DNA from: an uncultured Chloroflexia bacterium
Lineage (GTDB): Bacteria > Chloroflexota > Anaerolineae > JAAYZQ01
Direction: 5' to 3'
Assembly: GCA_963700285.1 (NCBI GenBank)
Contig: CAVOXA010000007.1
Location: forward strand, 64,001-128,000
Length of the DNA: 64,000 nt
Shown here piece after piece: positions 30,126-40,054 of the stretch; within the stretch, counting starts at the first letter, position 1; each line of letters starts with the position of its first letter. Both the position numbers and the translations under genes were made by a program. The notes below the pieces were generated by a model, which saw nothing but the letters and a program-made list of their open reading frames with translations, was not told the DNA's origin and did not search any database.

Positions 30126-30821
30126 ATGCCTTTCATCTCAAAGCAGGGCAGCCCGGCTGTAGCCAACGCCCTCAAACGCGAGATCCGCAGGGCGCTGCCC
30201 ACCACCAAGCAGCGCAGGCATTCCGCCCTGTTGATGCTCTCCGGCGGCCTGGACAGCGTCGCGCTGCTGGCCAACGTCCTCTCCGAGACTGACCAGCAGC
30301 TGCACGTCCACCACATCGAGATCCAGAATTTCGAGAACCGGCGGCAGGTGGAGAACGAGGCTGTGGAGCAGGTCTTGGCCTACCTCCGGCAGCGCTACCG
30401 GCCCTTTTCCTACTCTAGCTCCAGGAGCGAGTTTCCGCTGGGCAAGGGGGGCGGCTTTGATCTGACCCTCGTGCTCTTTATGGCGGCGCGCGTCCACACG
30501 GCGCTGGCCAGCGTCGTAGACATTGTCTACACCGGTCACATCGCGCCCAACCGGCCCGAGATCCTGGAGGGGTCGGCGGTGTTCAATGCTTGCTACATCA
30601 ACAAGCGCTTCAAACCGGTCTGGCTCTGGCCCCTGGCTCGCCTGAAAAAGATCGAGATCTACGAGTCGATCCCGCGGGAGCTGGCCGAACTGACCTGGTC
30701 CTGCCGCAAACCGGTGCGCGACGGAGATCTCTTCCGGCCCTGCGGCCAGTGCCACGCGTGCCAGAGCCGCGACGAGGTGGGTCGGCTGCTGGCAGCCAGG
30801 AGCAAGGGCTCCGGTTCGTAG
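30126..30821 (+). CDS. QueC-like PP-loop ATPase
   Basis: SGGLDS PP-loop and Zn motif TWSCRKP...PCGQCHAC. Confidence 0.75.
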   Translation: MPFISKQGSPAVANALKREIRRALPTTKQRRHSALLMLSGGLDSVALLANVLSETDQQLHVHHIEIQNFENRRQVENEAVEQVLAYLRQRYRPFSYSSSRSEFPLGKGGGFDLTLVLFMAARVHTALASVVDIVYTGHIAPNRPEILEGSAVFNACYINKRFKPVWLWPLARLKKIEIYESIPRELAELTWSCRKPVRDGDLFRPCGQCHACQSRDEVGRLLAARSKGSGS

Positions 30822-31453
30822 TGCGCGCTTCAGCGCGCCTAAACGGCGCTGAAGCGCCTACTACAAACCTCTGAGCGCTGCCAGACCGAAATATTGATTT
30901 GTGCTGAAATGACGGCTCCGGTTTGTAGTGCGCGCTTCAGCGCGCCTAAACGGCGCTGAAGCGCCTACTACAAACCTCTGAGCGCTGCCAGACCGAAATA
31001 TTGATTTGTGCTGAAGTGACGGCTCAGGTTTGTAGTGCGCGCTTCAGCGCGCCTGAACGGCGCTGAAGCGCCTACTACAAACCTCTGAGCGCTGCCAGGC
31101 CGGAATATTGATTTGTGCTGAAGTGACGGCTCAGGTTTGTAGTGCGCGCTTCAGCGCGCCTAAACGGCGCTGAAGCGCCTACTACAAACCTCTGAGCGCT
31201 GCCAGGCCGAAATATTGATTTGTGCTGAAGTGACGGCTCCGGTTTGTAGTGCGCGCTTCAGCGCGCCTAAACGGCGCTGAAGCGCCTACTACAAACCTCT
31301 GAGCGCTGCCAGGCCGGAATATTGATTTGTGCTGAAATGACGGCTCAGGTTTGTAGTGCGCGCTTCAGCGCGCCTAAACGGCGCTGAAGCGCCTACTACA
31401 AACCTCTGAGCGCTGCAAGCGAGGGCTCGGTTTGTGTGCGCGCTTCAGCGCGC
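30807..31453. repeat. Tandem array of 107-bp units, each an inverted GTAG-type REP doublet (REPIN/BIME-like)
   Basis: Units start at 30807, 30914, 31021, 31128, 31235, 31342 (truncated) and 31424 (partial); arms GGTTTGTAGTGCGCGCTTCAGCGC and GCGCTGAAGCGCCTACTACAAACC. Confidence 0.92.
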
Positions 31454-31589
31454 TTCTTTCGCGAGAGCCACGAGGGCCGCGTCCTTTGCCACGGACTCGG
31501 AACCTGCTTCTCCCTGCTCGCACTGGTCCGCGAGCAGTGGCACAGGTACTGCGAGTACGGCCCTCGCCACCGAAGGCCGGCGCCAGCTT

Positions 31590-32012
31590 TCTATGACCTG
31601 TGTTCTTGGCCGTCCGTCGCATAGGGCTCTTGTCTCAGCGACTTTTACGTGCCCCAGCGCTTGGCCTGCTGTCTCCAGCTCATCCCACCCACGAGCCGGT
31701 ACACCCAGTAGGGGACGACCGGCTTGGCCATCAGCGTTTGCGCCTCTTCCGGAATGGCCTGCCCCTGCCCAAGCGCTTCGGCGGCCAACTCCAGTGGTTT
31801 CTTGACGAGGTTGGCACGCCCATCTGCCTGTGCCAGTGGGGCGCCGGTGTTCATGGCCGGCAGGTTCGCCGGACCAGACGCCAGGCCGTTGTCCAGCTCA
31901 CCCAACCAGGCCCGCATCACCTCGACCGACTGGCCGTCCAGGACCACCCCGCTGGCGGATTTTTGGGCGAAGAAGTTGATGGCGTTGCGCTGGACGAGAT
32001 GGCGGAAAACCC
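31590..32012 (-). pseudogene. Relic of flavodoxin-like/NAD(P)H oxidoreductase gene(s)
   Basis: FRHLVQRNAINFF...LELAAEALGQGQAIP...WRQQAKRWG, no good start, stop followed by LRQEPY; family assignment is from recall. Confidence 0.4.
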
Positions 32013-32120
32013 ATTATGCATCAATTAAGTAAAATGGTCAACTATTCAGCCAGATTCACCGGGAGAGGGCCAGCCATGCCTGGAACCCCGGCGCCTGCAT
32101 CCCCAGGATCGACAGGCGGA

Positions 32121-32871
32121 CTAGGACATCCACACCATCAGCTCCTGCTGGACCTTCCAGCCGTCCTCCTCCTTGACCAAGAGGTAGAGCCCGCCGGCCC
32201 CGCACAGGTCGCCGCAGCGAAACCCCATGAGCACCAGGGCCTTGTCCCCGTCCGCACCAAAGCCGACGCGCGAAAGGTGCACCACGCCACCAGACTCGGG
32301 ATACTCGATTTCGAACTCGGCCCAAGTCCCGCCCCCACGAGGAAAGAACCTCGTCATACTCTTCCTGGGACATCAGGACATAGTCCTGCTCCAGGTCCAG
32401 GTTCGGACTCAGCGTGTACGACGCCGCGTTTCGCGACCGGTAGCTGTCCGCCAGCGCTCCCGGCAGCGCAGGGTCATGTTCCAGCGTGCGCTTGAACTGC
32501 TCGGCGTCCAACACTGTAGTCTGATCCCGAATGACGAGGGTGGAGCCCAGATTATACCCGATGGGATTCTGCTCGATCAGGGCCGAATAGACGGCATATT
32601 CTTCCGCCTCGATGATGGGTGGTGGGGTTACCGTTGGCCCGGGCGAGGGTGTATGGCTTGGCACAGACGTAGGCGCAGGAGGTTCTGTCGCTGTTGCTGT
32701 CGCGGCAGGCTCTGGCGTACTGGTCGCGGTTGGAACCAAGGCTGTCATGGTGGCGTGAGCCGCGATCTCGACAGCGATCTGGGTTGCCACCAGGTCAGGG
32801 GTTGGGGATGGTTCGCCACCGCAAGCGGCGAGAACGCACAGAACGAGCGTTAGAATCAGACACTTTTTCAT
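32121..32871 (-). CDS. Lipoprotein with a Pro/Thr linker, frameshifted near 32345
   Basis: MKKCLILTLVLCVLAAC lipobox, AGGAGGAG RBS; the C-terminus LSRVGF...CGDLCGAG is in frame 32121-32357. Confidence 0.75.
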
Positions 32872-32915
32872 TCTCTCTCCTCCTCTTGAGCGACCCTGGT
32901 GTACCAGAACCGGTG

Positions 32916-33949
32916 CTACAGATACCCGATGGTGACTGCCACCAGCAAGCCGAGAAAATACCCCAGGACTCCCCCAACAGCAGCGCCCAACCAGATCCAG
33001 GGCCTCGGGTCTGGCCTTCCGCAGGACTCGTCCTATCTCGAGACCCACGTAGCCGCAGCCAACGCCCATCGGAATGGAAACCAGCGCGATGGTGGGGATG
33101 CACACCGGAGTAGCGTATATGGCGGTAAGGGCATAGATCGTCAGGTCCAGAGAGTCCAGAGAACCCTCTGCGAACACCGTGAGAATCAAGGGAGCCAAAT
33201 AGGTGCACAGTACGGCGGCGATCAGCCCACTAATGCCGCCCGCAATCATCACCCGCCTGCTGTATGGCGCCTGCGCCGCCACACTGTCAGGCGGCAGAAC
33301 GCGGACTCGCGACTGCACGATCAACGCGGCGCCCGTGATGGTTCCGCCTGTGGCCCCGCAGACAGCACCCATCAGAGCCAAGCCTGCCATGGACCAGGTC
33401 CGAGACGTTGCCGGGAGAGGGGAAAGCATTGGGTCTGTGGCGGTAACCTGGAATACGTCCAAGGCCCAGCCCATTGCCCCACTGACAAGCCCGGCCGTGG
33501 CCCAGCCGGCAAGGCTCGCAAGCATCCACCAGCGGCCTGGAACGACCCGCTGGAGCAGCACACCCAACACGGCTCCGTAGACGGCCCAGGCGTAGGCCCA
33601 ACCCGCAAGCAGGCCGGCTGGCATTTCAGCCAACGACGTTGGCAGGATGCTCACGCACGCGGCAAGTAGACCTGCCAGGCAGCTTGCCACGAATCCATCT
33701 ACGGGCAGGGGGAACCCGTTGCCGCAAGGCAAAGCCCTGCACTCCCCCAGCCAGCAGTCCGAATAGCACCATCGCCGCTGGTGGCAGTGTGAATTCGGCC
33801 AGGGGTGCGAATGCGCCCACGAGGTAGCTCAGCGCCCCTACGGCGGCAAGGGCCGGTACCCACAGGGCCCAGAAGCCCCATCCACCCTGCGCGCGCCCGG
33901 CGGCTCTCTGGTCTGGTGTTTTTTCTGTGGGCGCATTCTGTTCCTTCAT
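32916..33949 (-). CDS. Gly-rich multi-TM membrane protein with at least two frameshifts
   Basis: WGFWALW..., GVLLQ...WWMLAS...; ends PWIWLGAAVGGVLGYFLGLLVAVTIGYL-TAG in a third frame. Confidence 0.6.
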
Positions 33950-34096
33950 TGGCAGGCTCCTTGTGAGGGGCTCGGTCGAGCTGTCCGTAGCTCAAGGCAG
34001 CTCTACCCACGGATCCGTACCAACCAGGATGCCCCGCCCTCGAACGTAGCCGTGGCCTTTAGCAAGCAGCCCATTTGGAACGGTTCTTGTTCGCCG

Positions 34097-36675
34097 CTAG
34101 TGGTGCTCCGCGTGGTCCTCCAGTGGCGTGTGCTCGTGGTAGTGTCCCTGCTGGTGCATCCGGTTGTGCAGGCTGCGATGGGCCGACGTCAGCACCAGGC
34201 GCATCCGCTTGTAGGCCGCGTCCTCGGCCCGCGTGCCCGACCGTGTCCAGGTAGGCCAGCGCGCCCTCGATCTGCTCCAGGATGGTGACCGCATCGGCCG
34301 CCGCCAGCATCGGCGAGCCCTGCGACGTCGACCATCACCGGCGACGAGTGCGCGGCGATGATCTCCGGCTTGTCGGCGTAGTGCCCGCGCACCAGCAGCG
34401 CCAGCCAGCGAGCTCTTGTCCACCTTGACCGACCAGCTGCCCGCTGGCCTGCTCCGGCGACACGGCCACGCTCTCCCGGATCTCGCCATTGACGACCAGC
34501 TCGACGCGCGACATGGGCACGGTGACGCTGGCGACCTGCCAGGTCACGTCCACCGTGCCGCCCGCTGGCCGACATCTCGATGCGGCTGCCCATCGGCTGC
34601 CCATCCACGGCGAACTCGAGCAGCGGGCCATAGGTCACAAAGGTCTCTGCCCGGCGCACGGCCTCCATCCAGGCCTCGTAGGTGAAGGGCTCGCCGGGCG
34701 CGATGCGGGCATAGGTGCGCACCGTGCCCACCGCCGTGCTGGCCGACATCTTGTCCGTGCCGCCCACCGCCGCCACCAGGTAGCCGCAGTTCAGGTAGCG
34801 ATACCAGTCCGAGAGCGAGTAGGGGTCGATGCCGCCGTACAGGTTGCCCCAGGACGTCATCTCGACGGCATCGATGTCGCCGCTGACGATGCTGGCCGCG
34901 TGCTCGGCGCGCGGGTTGGGAAAGTGGGGCAGGACCACCAGCGCCGCCCTGCTTCTTGCACTGCCGGGCCCACTCGGTCAGCAGGATCTCGATGGGGTCG
35001 CCCAGGGCCGACTCGTCCGGGCCGCCGGTCGTCATCGGCGCGATGATCCTGCCGCTGTAGCCCAGCAGCGAGATGTGCCCCAGCACGTGCTGCCGGTTCT
35101 CGGTGCCCACGCGCACCAGGTATTCGCCGTCGCCGCCCGCTTCCCGCGAGCCCCAGGTGGTGCTGGCCGTCGAAATCGCCCACGTTGGTCATCAGCTCGC
35201 CCCACTGGCTGGCCAGCAGGTTGACCACGTTCACGCCCTCCGCCGCGCCTTCCAGCAGCGCCGACATCGGCGAGAGAAAGTGGACGTGGGTGTCGGCGGT
35301 GACCCAGCCCCGCTCGCGCCAGGGCAGCACCTTCTCGATCTCGATCACGATCTCCTCGCGTGTCCGGCGTCACCTCGACCACCTTGCGCACGGGCCGGAT
35401 CTCGAAGCCCTTGGAGACCTCGACGTACACCTTGCCCAGCGGCAGGTCGATGCGTCGTCTCGCCCGGGATGTAGGTGCAGGCTGATGCGTATCGCCCAGG
35501 TGGTGCAAAAGTCGACGCTGTAGTCCTCGAACCAGGCCGGGTTGAGGATGCGGTGGCGGTCCACCGGCGCCAGGTACTCGCCCCACTCGCCGTGGACGTG
35601 CAGCTTGACCGGCACCGGCTTGCCGCTGCCCTGCTCGACGACTCCGCAGCGTGACCCGCTGCGTGGCCGGCGGCACCGGACTGCAGAGGCGTGCTCCTGG
35701 TTGCGCGCCCTCGACCTGGGCCACCGGCACTACGCTGCCCGCCGGGCAGATGGAAACAGGCATCCGGGTGGGCCGTGTACTCGATCAGCACCTCGCTCTC
35801 AGACGGTCTCCGGGATCTGGTTGTTGTAGGTCGTCAGCCCACGCGTCGTTGGGATAGACCAGGCGCGGCGTCGCCGAGATGACCTGGCCCATGTCGAGCT
35901 GGATCTGCTGCAGCAGCCCGTGCTCGTCCAGCTCGGGCTGGAAGGCCTCCCCGCGCGGCAGCGTCAGACAGGCCTTGCGGCGCGGCGCCAGCGCAGGGGC
36001 TGCGCCGACGCGTCGCCCGCCGAGATGCCAGACACGATCACCGCGCCCGACACCGGCTCGAAGCGGACGCCGACGATGGCCTTCTCCGGGTGCGGATTCT
36101 CCCAGGCCCAGAGCCAGTTCACCCACGGCCCTCGCGTCCGCCGGCATAGCGCGCGTCTGGCTCCGCCCCCAGTCGGCGCTTGCCTGCTCGTGCGACGCCC
36201 GCACCGGGAAGGGCTTGTTGTGGGCGACCGCCTCGAAGGAGTTCTCGCCCCAGCGCCGCTGAAAGGCGCCGATCTGGAGGCGGCGCCGGATCGGCGCCCG
36301 CTCCTCCGTGCCATCCTCGTAGAGCACGACATAGTCGGCCGCGTGCTCGCCCAGCTGCCCCTGGCCGCGCATCGGCGAGAAGAAGCCATCGGGACCGGGC
36401 TCAAACGGTCGCAGATCTGAGGTGTGCATAAAGACCAGCCACTGCGCCGTCACCGGCGGCAACTCGATGGCGATGGGCCGCTCCTTCAGGACAATCACGT
36501 CCTCCACCTGGAATGGAATGCCCCAACCGGTGCACTCGCCAGCCGGCGCGTGTTCCAGGGCGGCCGCCATCTCGGGCGACAGCCCTGCGCCAGCCAGGTC
36601 AGATAAGGCTACGTTGCCCTGAAAAGTCAGGGGGTGAAAAAGCGCTGTTCGAGGACCGTCCTGGACGCCAATCAT
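34097..36675 (-). CDS. CehA/McbA-like PHP-fold metallohydrolase broken by many frameshifts
   Basis: Consecutive fragments in different frames: ADTHVHF, GTENRQHVLGH, PHFPNP, WYRYLNCG...GGTDKM, TFVTYGPL, AHSSPV, His-rich tail. Confidence 0.7.
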
Positions 36676-37072
36676 TGTTCCCTCCTTGCACAAGTATCAA
36701 CTGCTTGCCAGTATAGCACTATCTCGGCTGGCAGACAAGAGCCGCGGATGACTCATTCGGGTGATTGTCAAACCCTATCTCCAACCGAACTGCCGGCCGC
36801 GGACGTGGTGCCATTCTGGCACCACACGCACTTCTCGCAAGGGAGAAGTGATGTTCCTCCGAAAGAGGACTCGAGATTAAGCGAGATCCGGCTTGTGGTA
36901 TAATACCAATCTCGGATGGAGAGCTTCGGTACCTTGAAAGGCGTGCAGGAGTAATATCCTGAGCAAGCTCTGCTAGGCGGACCGAACCCAGACCGCAGTG
37001 TTTGCCTGACGGGAAGGGACGATGCGCCGGGACTGAGGAGCGCTGGCCAGGAGACCCAGAGAGGAGAATTCC

Positions 37073-37487
37073 TTGCTCAAACTGATTATTGGCCTGTTCA
37101 TCGTGCTGCATGGCCTCGTTTACCTGGTGTACGTTGGACAAAGTTTGAGGCTCTTTGAGCTTCGACCCGGGATGGTTTGGCCTGACGGCTCGTGGGCGTT
37201 CTCCAAGCTTCTCGGCAGCCAGGCAACAAGGTGGCTGGCGGGCATTTGCTACGTACTGGCAGCCGCCGGGTTCGTGGTTGGTGGGCTGGGAATCGGGGGG
37301 GGTGCTGGGCCTGGCCTGGTGGCGCCCAATCGTCGTGGCTTCCGCCCTATTCTCTTCCCTGATCATAATCCTCTTCTGGAATGGAAAGCTGAAAAAGCTG
37401 AGTGATCAGGGCCTGTATGGCATCCTCATCAATGCTGCGATACTAGTTGCCGTGCTTGTCTTTCGCTGGCCTGGCTCCGGGTTCTAG
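37073..37487 (+). CDS. Small membrane protein, frameshifted at a G8 run (37295-37302)
   Basis: GLFIVLHGLV...WAFS in one frame continues as WWRPIVVASALFS...GILINAAIL in another; GAGGAG RBS. Confidence 0.7.
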
Positions 37488-37547
37488 ATCCACGGTCAAA
37501 GATGCCCTACGGGGATCCTTGCCAAAGCCGACGCCCGGTCGCTGCTG

Positions 37548-37835
37548 GTGGTCCTAATGCAGATCGACCGCGTCTTCATGGGCGAGGTATTGGCCCGAGA
37601 AGGGGCAGCGCCGGCCGGCTTGGCCGGGGAACAGGTCCGCCGGGCGCTGGAGCCCCGGCACAGCGTAGAGGCCTCCGCCCACGACGGGGACCAGGCGCCA
37701 GCCGCCGTCGCCCGCTCCATCAAGGAAGCCTGGGATCTGTTGCGCGCGGATCGCCAGCAGGTGGAAAGCTCCCGCCGTGCAGTCGTCGAGGCCAGAGAGA
37801 AACTATGCCAGATCGTGCGCAAGATGTTCATATAA
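37548..37835 (+). pseudogene. Possible C-terminal remnant of an argininosuccinate-lyase-like gene
   Basis: EQVRRALEPRHSVEA...APAAVAR followed by a helical tail resembles ArgH C-termini (recall); no N-terminal part present. Confidence 0.35.
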
Positions 37836-37846
37836 TGGTCGCTGCT

Positions 37847-37888
37847 ATCTAGACTTCCGAAGGTTTCCGAAACTTCGGAAGTCTAGAT
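37847..37888. repeat. REP-like palindrome
   Basis: ATCTAGACTTCCGAAG-GTTTCCGAAA-CTTCGGAAGTCTAGAT. Confidence 0.8.
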
Positions 37889-38007
37889 CCAACTCCAGTA
37901 GACAGAATGGCCGCGGGATAGAGACAAGTGGCCCCGAGGAACCGAATCCTCATACCTTGCCTATTCCCATCTTGCGGTTTCTCCCCGCTTCTGGTACAAT
38001 GGGCGGC

Positions 38008-39285
38008 ATGAAAGCAATCGTGACGATTCTCACATTCGCATCTGCCCTCCTGAGTTTCGCGGCTCTCATCCGCCCCCCGGGTACGGCTCGGGCCCTGTTC
38101 TCCTGGCTGCCCAAGCTGCTGGGCGGCGCTTTGACGCCCAGCCTGGGCATCACGTCTGCTTTGGGCGCTCTGGTGGGAATCTCGCGTCGCGATCCCAAGC
38201 TGGTCGCCGCCGGGCTGCTGGGCGTAGGCCTGGCCGGCCGCCACGTTAAGGACGTGGCCGGGGCCCGTGGCAACTTTGCCGCAGCCTTTGGTCCCGGCTG
38301 GCAGGATCGGGTGCCTGTTGCCTGGCGGCAGCGTCTTGCCCACCGGCGTATCTCGCTGTGCGCCCCGCGGCCGGAGCCCACGATCTTTCAGTTTGACGTG
38401 CCCTACGGCCAGAACCCCGAGACCGGCGACGACTTGTTGGCCGACCTGTGGCAGCCCGCTGTCGGCACGCCGCGCACCGGCCTGGGCCTGATCTACGTCC
38501 ACGGCGGTGGCTGGCGCATCGGCGACAAGGACGAGTGGACGCGCCCCTTCTTCCGGCGCCTGGCGGGGCAGGGCCACGTAGCATTGGACATCGCCTATAC
38601 CCTCTGGCCCCGGGCCGGGATCCCTGAGATGGTCTCCGAGGTCAAGCAGGCGGTGCTATGGATGAAGGGCCGCGGCGCGGACTATGGTGTCGATCCCGAA
38701 CGCGTCGTGCTCATGGGTGGCTCGGCAGGTGGGCACCTGGCCTTGATGGCAGCCTATACCGCCGCCCATCCCGATCTGCCACCGCCTGTCGACGGCGCCG
38801 ATACCTCGGTTCGGGGTGTGATTGCTTTTTACCCGCCCACCGACTTGGCCGCGCTATACAGCGATCTGAACGGCGTCCGCCAGGCGTCGGGCTGGGTGGA
38901 GGAAACCGCTGAGGCTGCGCTGGACCGCATCTTCCAGCTTCACGCCGGGGACATTGATTTTGAGCTGCACACGCGGGATCTGTTACCCGCTATTCTGGGC
39001 GGCGCGCCGGACGAGGTCCCAGATGCCTACCGGTTGCTGTCGCCCAGCGGTCACGTTGGGCCGGACTGCCCGCCCACGCTCCTGCTTCAAGGTAGCGACG
39101 ACATTTTTCAATTGGCGCCCGGTGTGCGCCGTCTGCATCACGACCTCTGCAGCGCCGGTGTGCCCTGTGTCCTGGTCGAGTTTCCCCACACAGAACACGC
39201 CTTCGACCTGGTCTTGCCCCGCCTCTCGCCCGCCACCCAGGCCGCCACCTACGACATCGAGCGTTTCCTGGCTGTGCTGGCGTGA
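38008..39285 (+). CDS. Alpha/beta hydrolase (HSL/BD-FAE-like esterase) with an N-terminal membrane anchor
   Basis: HGGGW, GGSAGG, QGSDD, EHAFD. Confidence 0.9.
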   Translation: MKAIVTILTFASALLSFAALIRPPGTARALFSWLPKLLGGALTPSLGITSALGALVGISRRDPKLVAAGLLGVGLAGRHVKDVAGARGNFAAAFGPGWQDRVPVAWRQRLAHRRISLCAPRPEPTIFQFDVPYGQNPETGDDLLADLWQPAVGTPRTGLGLIYVHGGGWRIGDKDEWTRPFFRRLAGQGHVALDIAYTLWPRAGIPEMVSEVKQAVLWMKGRGADYGVDPERVVLMGGSAGGHLALMAAYTAAHPDLPPPVDGADTSVRGVIAFYPPTDLAALYSDLNGVRQASGWVEETAEAALDRIFQLHAGDIDFELHTRDLLPAILGGAPDEVPDAYRLLSPSGHVGPDCPPTLLLQGSDDIFQLAPGVRRLHHDLCSAGVPCVLVEFPHTEHAFDLVLPRLSPATQAATYDIERFLAVLA

Positions 39286-39313
39286 CATGGTGGTTTTGCG
39301 TATGAGCAGAAAA

Positions 39314-39346
39314 AGACCCGTCAGGTCTTCAAGGCCTGACGGGTCT
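39314..39346. repeat. REP-like palindrome or bidirectional terminator between convergent genes
   Basis: AGACCCGTCAGG-N9-CCTGACGGGTCT. Confidence 0.7.
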
Positions 39347-39377
39347 GGTCGTTGTTGCGGCCGAGCTGTGTGCAGTC

Positions 39378-39749
39378 CTATTCCTGTGGTACTGCCTGCA
39401 TGACACCGATCCGGTTGCCGCCGGGATCGCCAAAGACCGCCATCCAACCGACGGTCGGGATCTCCATCTTGTCCAGAAAGATGGGAGCACCCAGTTCCTT
39501 TGCCCGCGCGATGGTCGCGTCGATGTCCGCTACATCGACATAAACCAGGATGCTGCCGGGTTCGGCATTTGCTCGTTCATCGTTCGTGTCAGTAAAGCCC
39601 ATGCCCACCTCGCCCTGCTCAAAGGCGGTCATGGTGTAGTTCATTTTTTCGTCGGTCACGATAGGCCAGCCGAACAGGTCCCCGTAGAACTTGGCCGAGG
39701 CGGGGACGTTGGTCGAGGCCGATTCAAACCACATGATTTTGTTGGACAT
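39378..39749 (-). CDS. VOC/glyoxalase family protein
   Basis: WFE...FYGDLFGW, VYVDVADID, DPGGNRIG; AGGAGG RBS. Confidence 0.9.
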   Translation of the reverse strand: MSNKIMWFESASTNVPASAKFYGDLFGWPIVTDEKMNYTMTAFEQGEVGMGFTDTNDERANAEPGSILVYVDVADIDATIARAKELGAPIFLDKMEIPTVGWMAVFGDPGGNRIGVMQAVPQE

Positions 39750-40054
39750 TTTTCCTCCTGTGTTGGGTACGCTGGAAATCAATCATCCTTAGCTCCATAG
39801 TATCATATCCAGGTTCCAGCGTCAATAGCCCTGCCATTAATTCTTGGTTAAGATTGTCTGGTACCGGCACCCGTTTCGCCCTCTGCGCTCTCAAATCCTG
39901 TCAGTCTGACCGGAGCGCAGCGGAGTGAAGGATGACGGCTTCCCGAGGAGCGGGTTTCTGACACATAGAGTGGCGCCCCGCGCCATGGAACACTGGGTGA
40001 TGGCGTCCCGAAGGCCGAGATACTGCCACTTGGAGTGGTGCCCTGCGCCATGGT

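Noticed and set aside
30807-31453. CRISPR array
   Set aside because: The linkers between palindromes are near-identical rather than unique spacers, the unit is 107 bp, and no cas genes are in the window.
32056-33732. 558-aa membrane protein-lipoprotein fusion
   Set aside because: An artefact of frameshifts; the lipoprotein has its own RBS and ATG at 32871, and the upstream gene has a stop at 32916 in another frame.
37295-37302. Phase variation at the G8 tract
   Set aside because: Homopolymer indel error is more parsimonious given the many other frameshifts nearby; it cannot be separated without reads.
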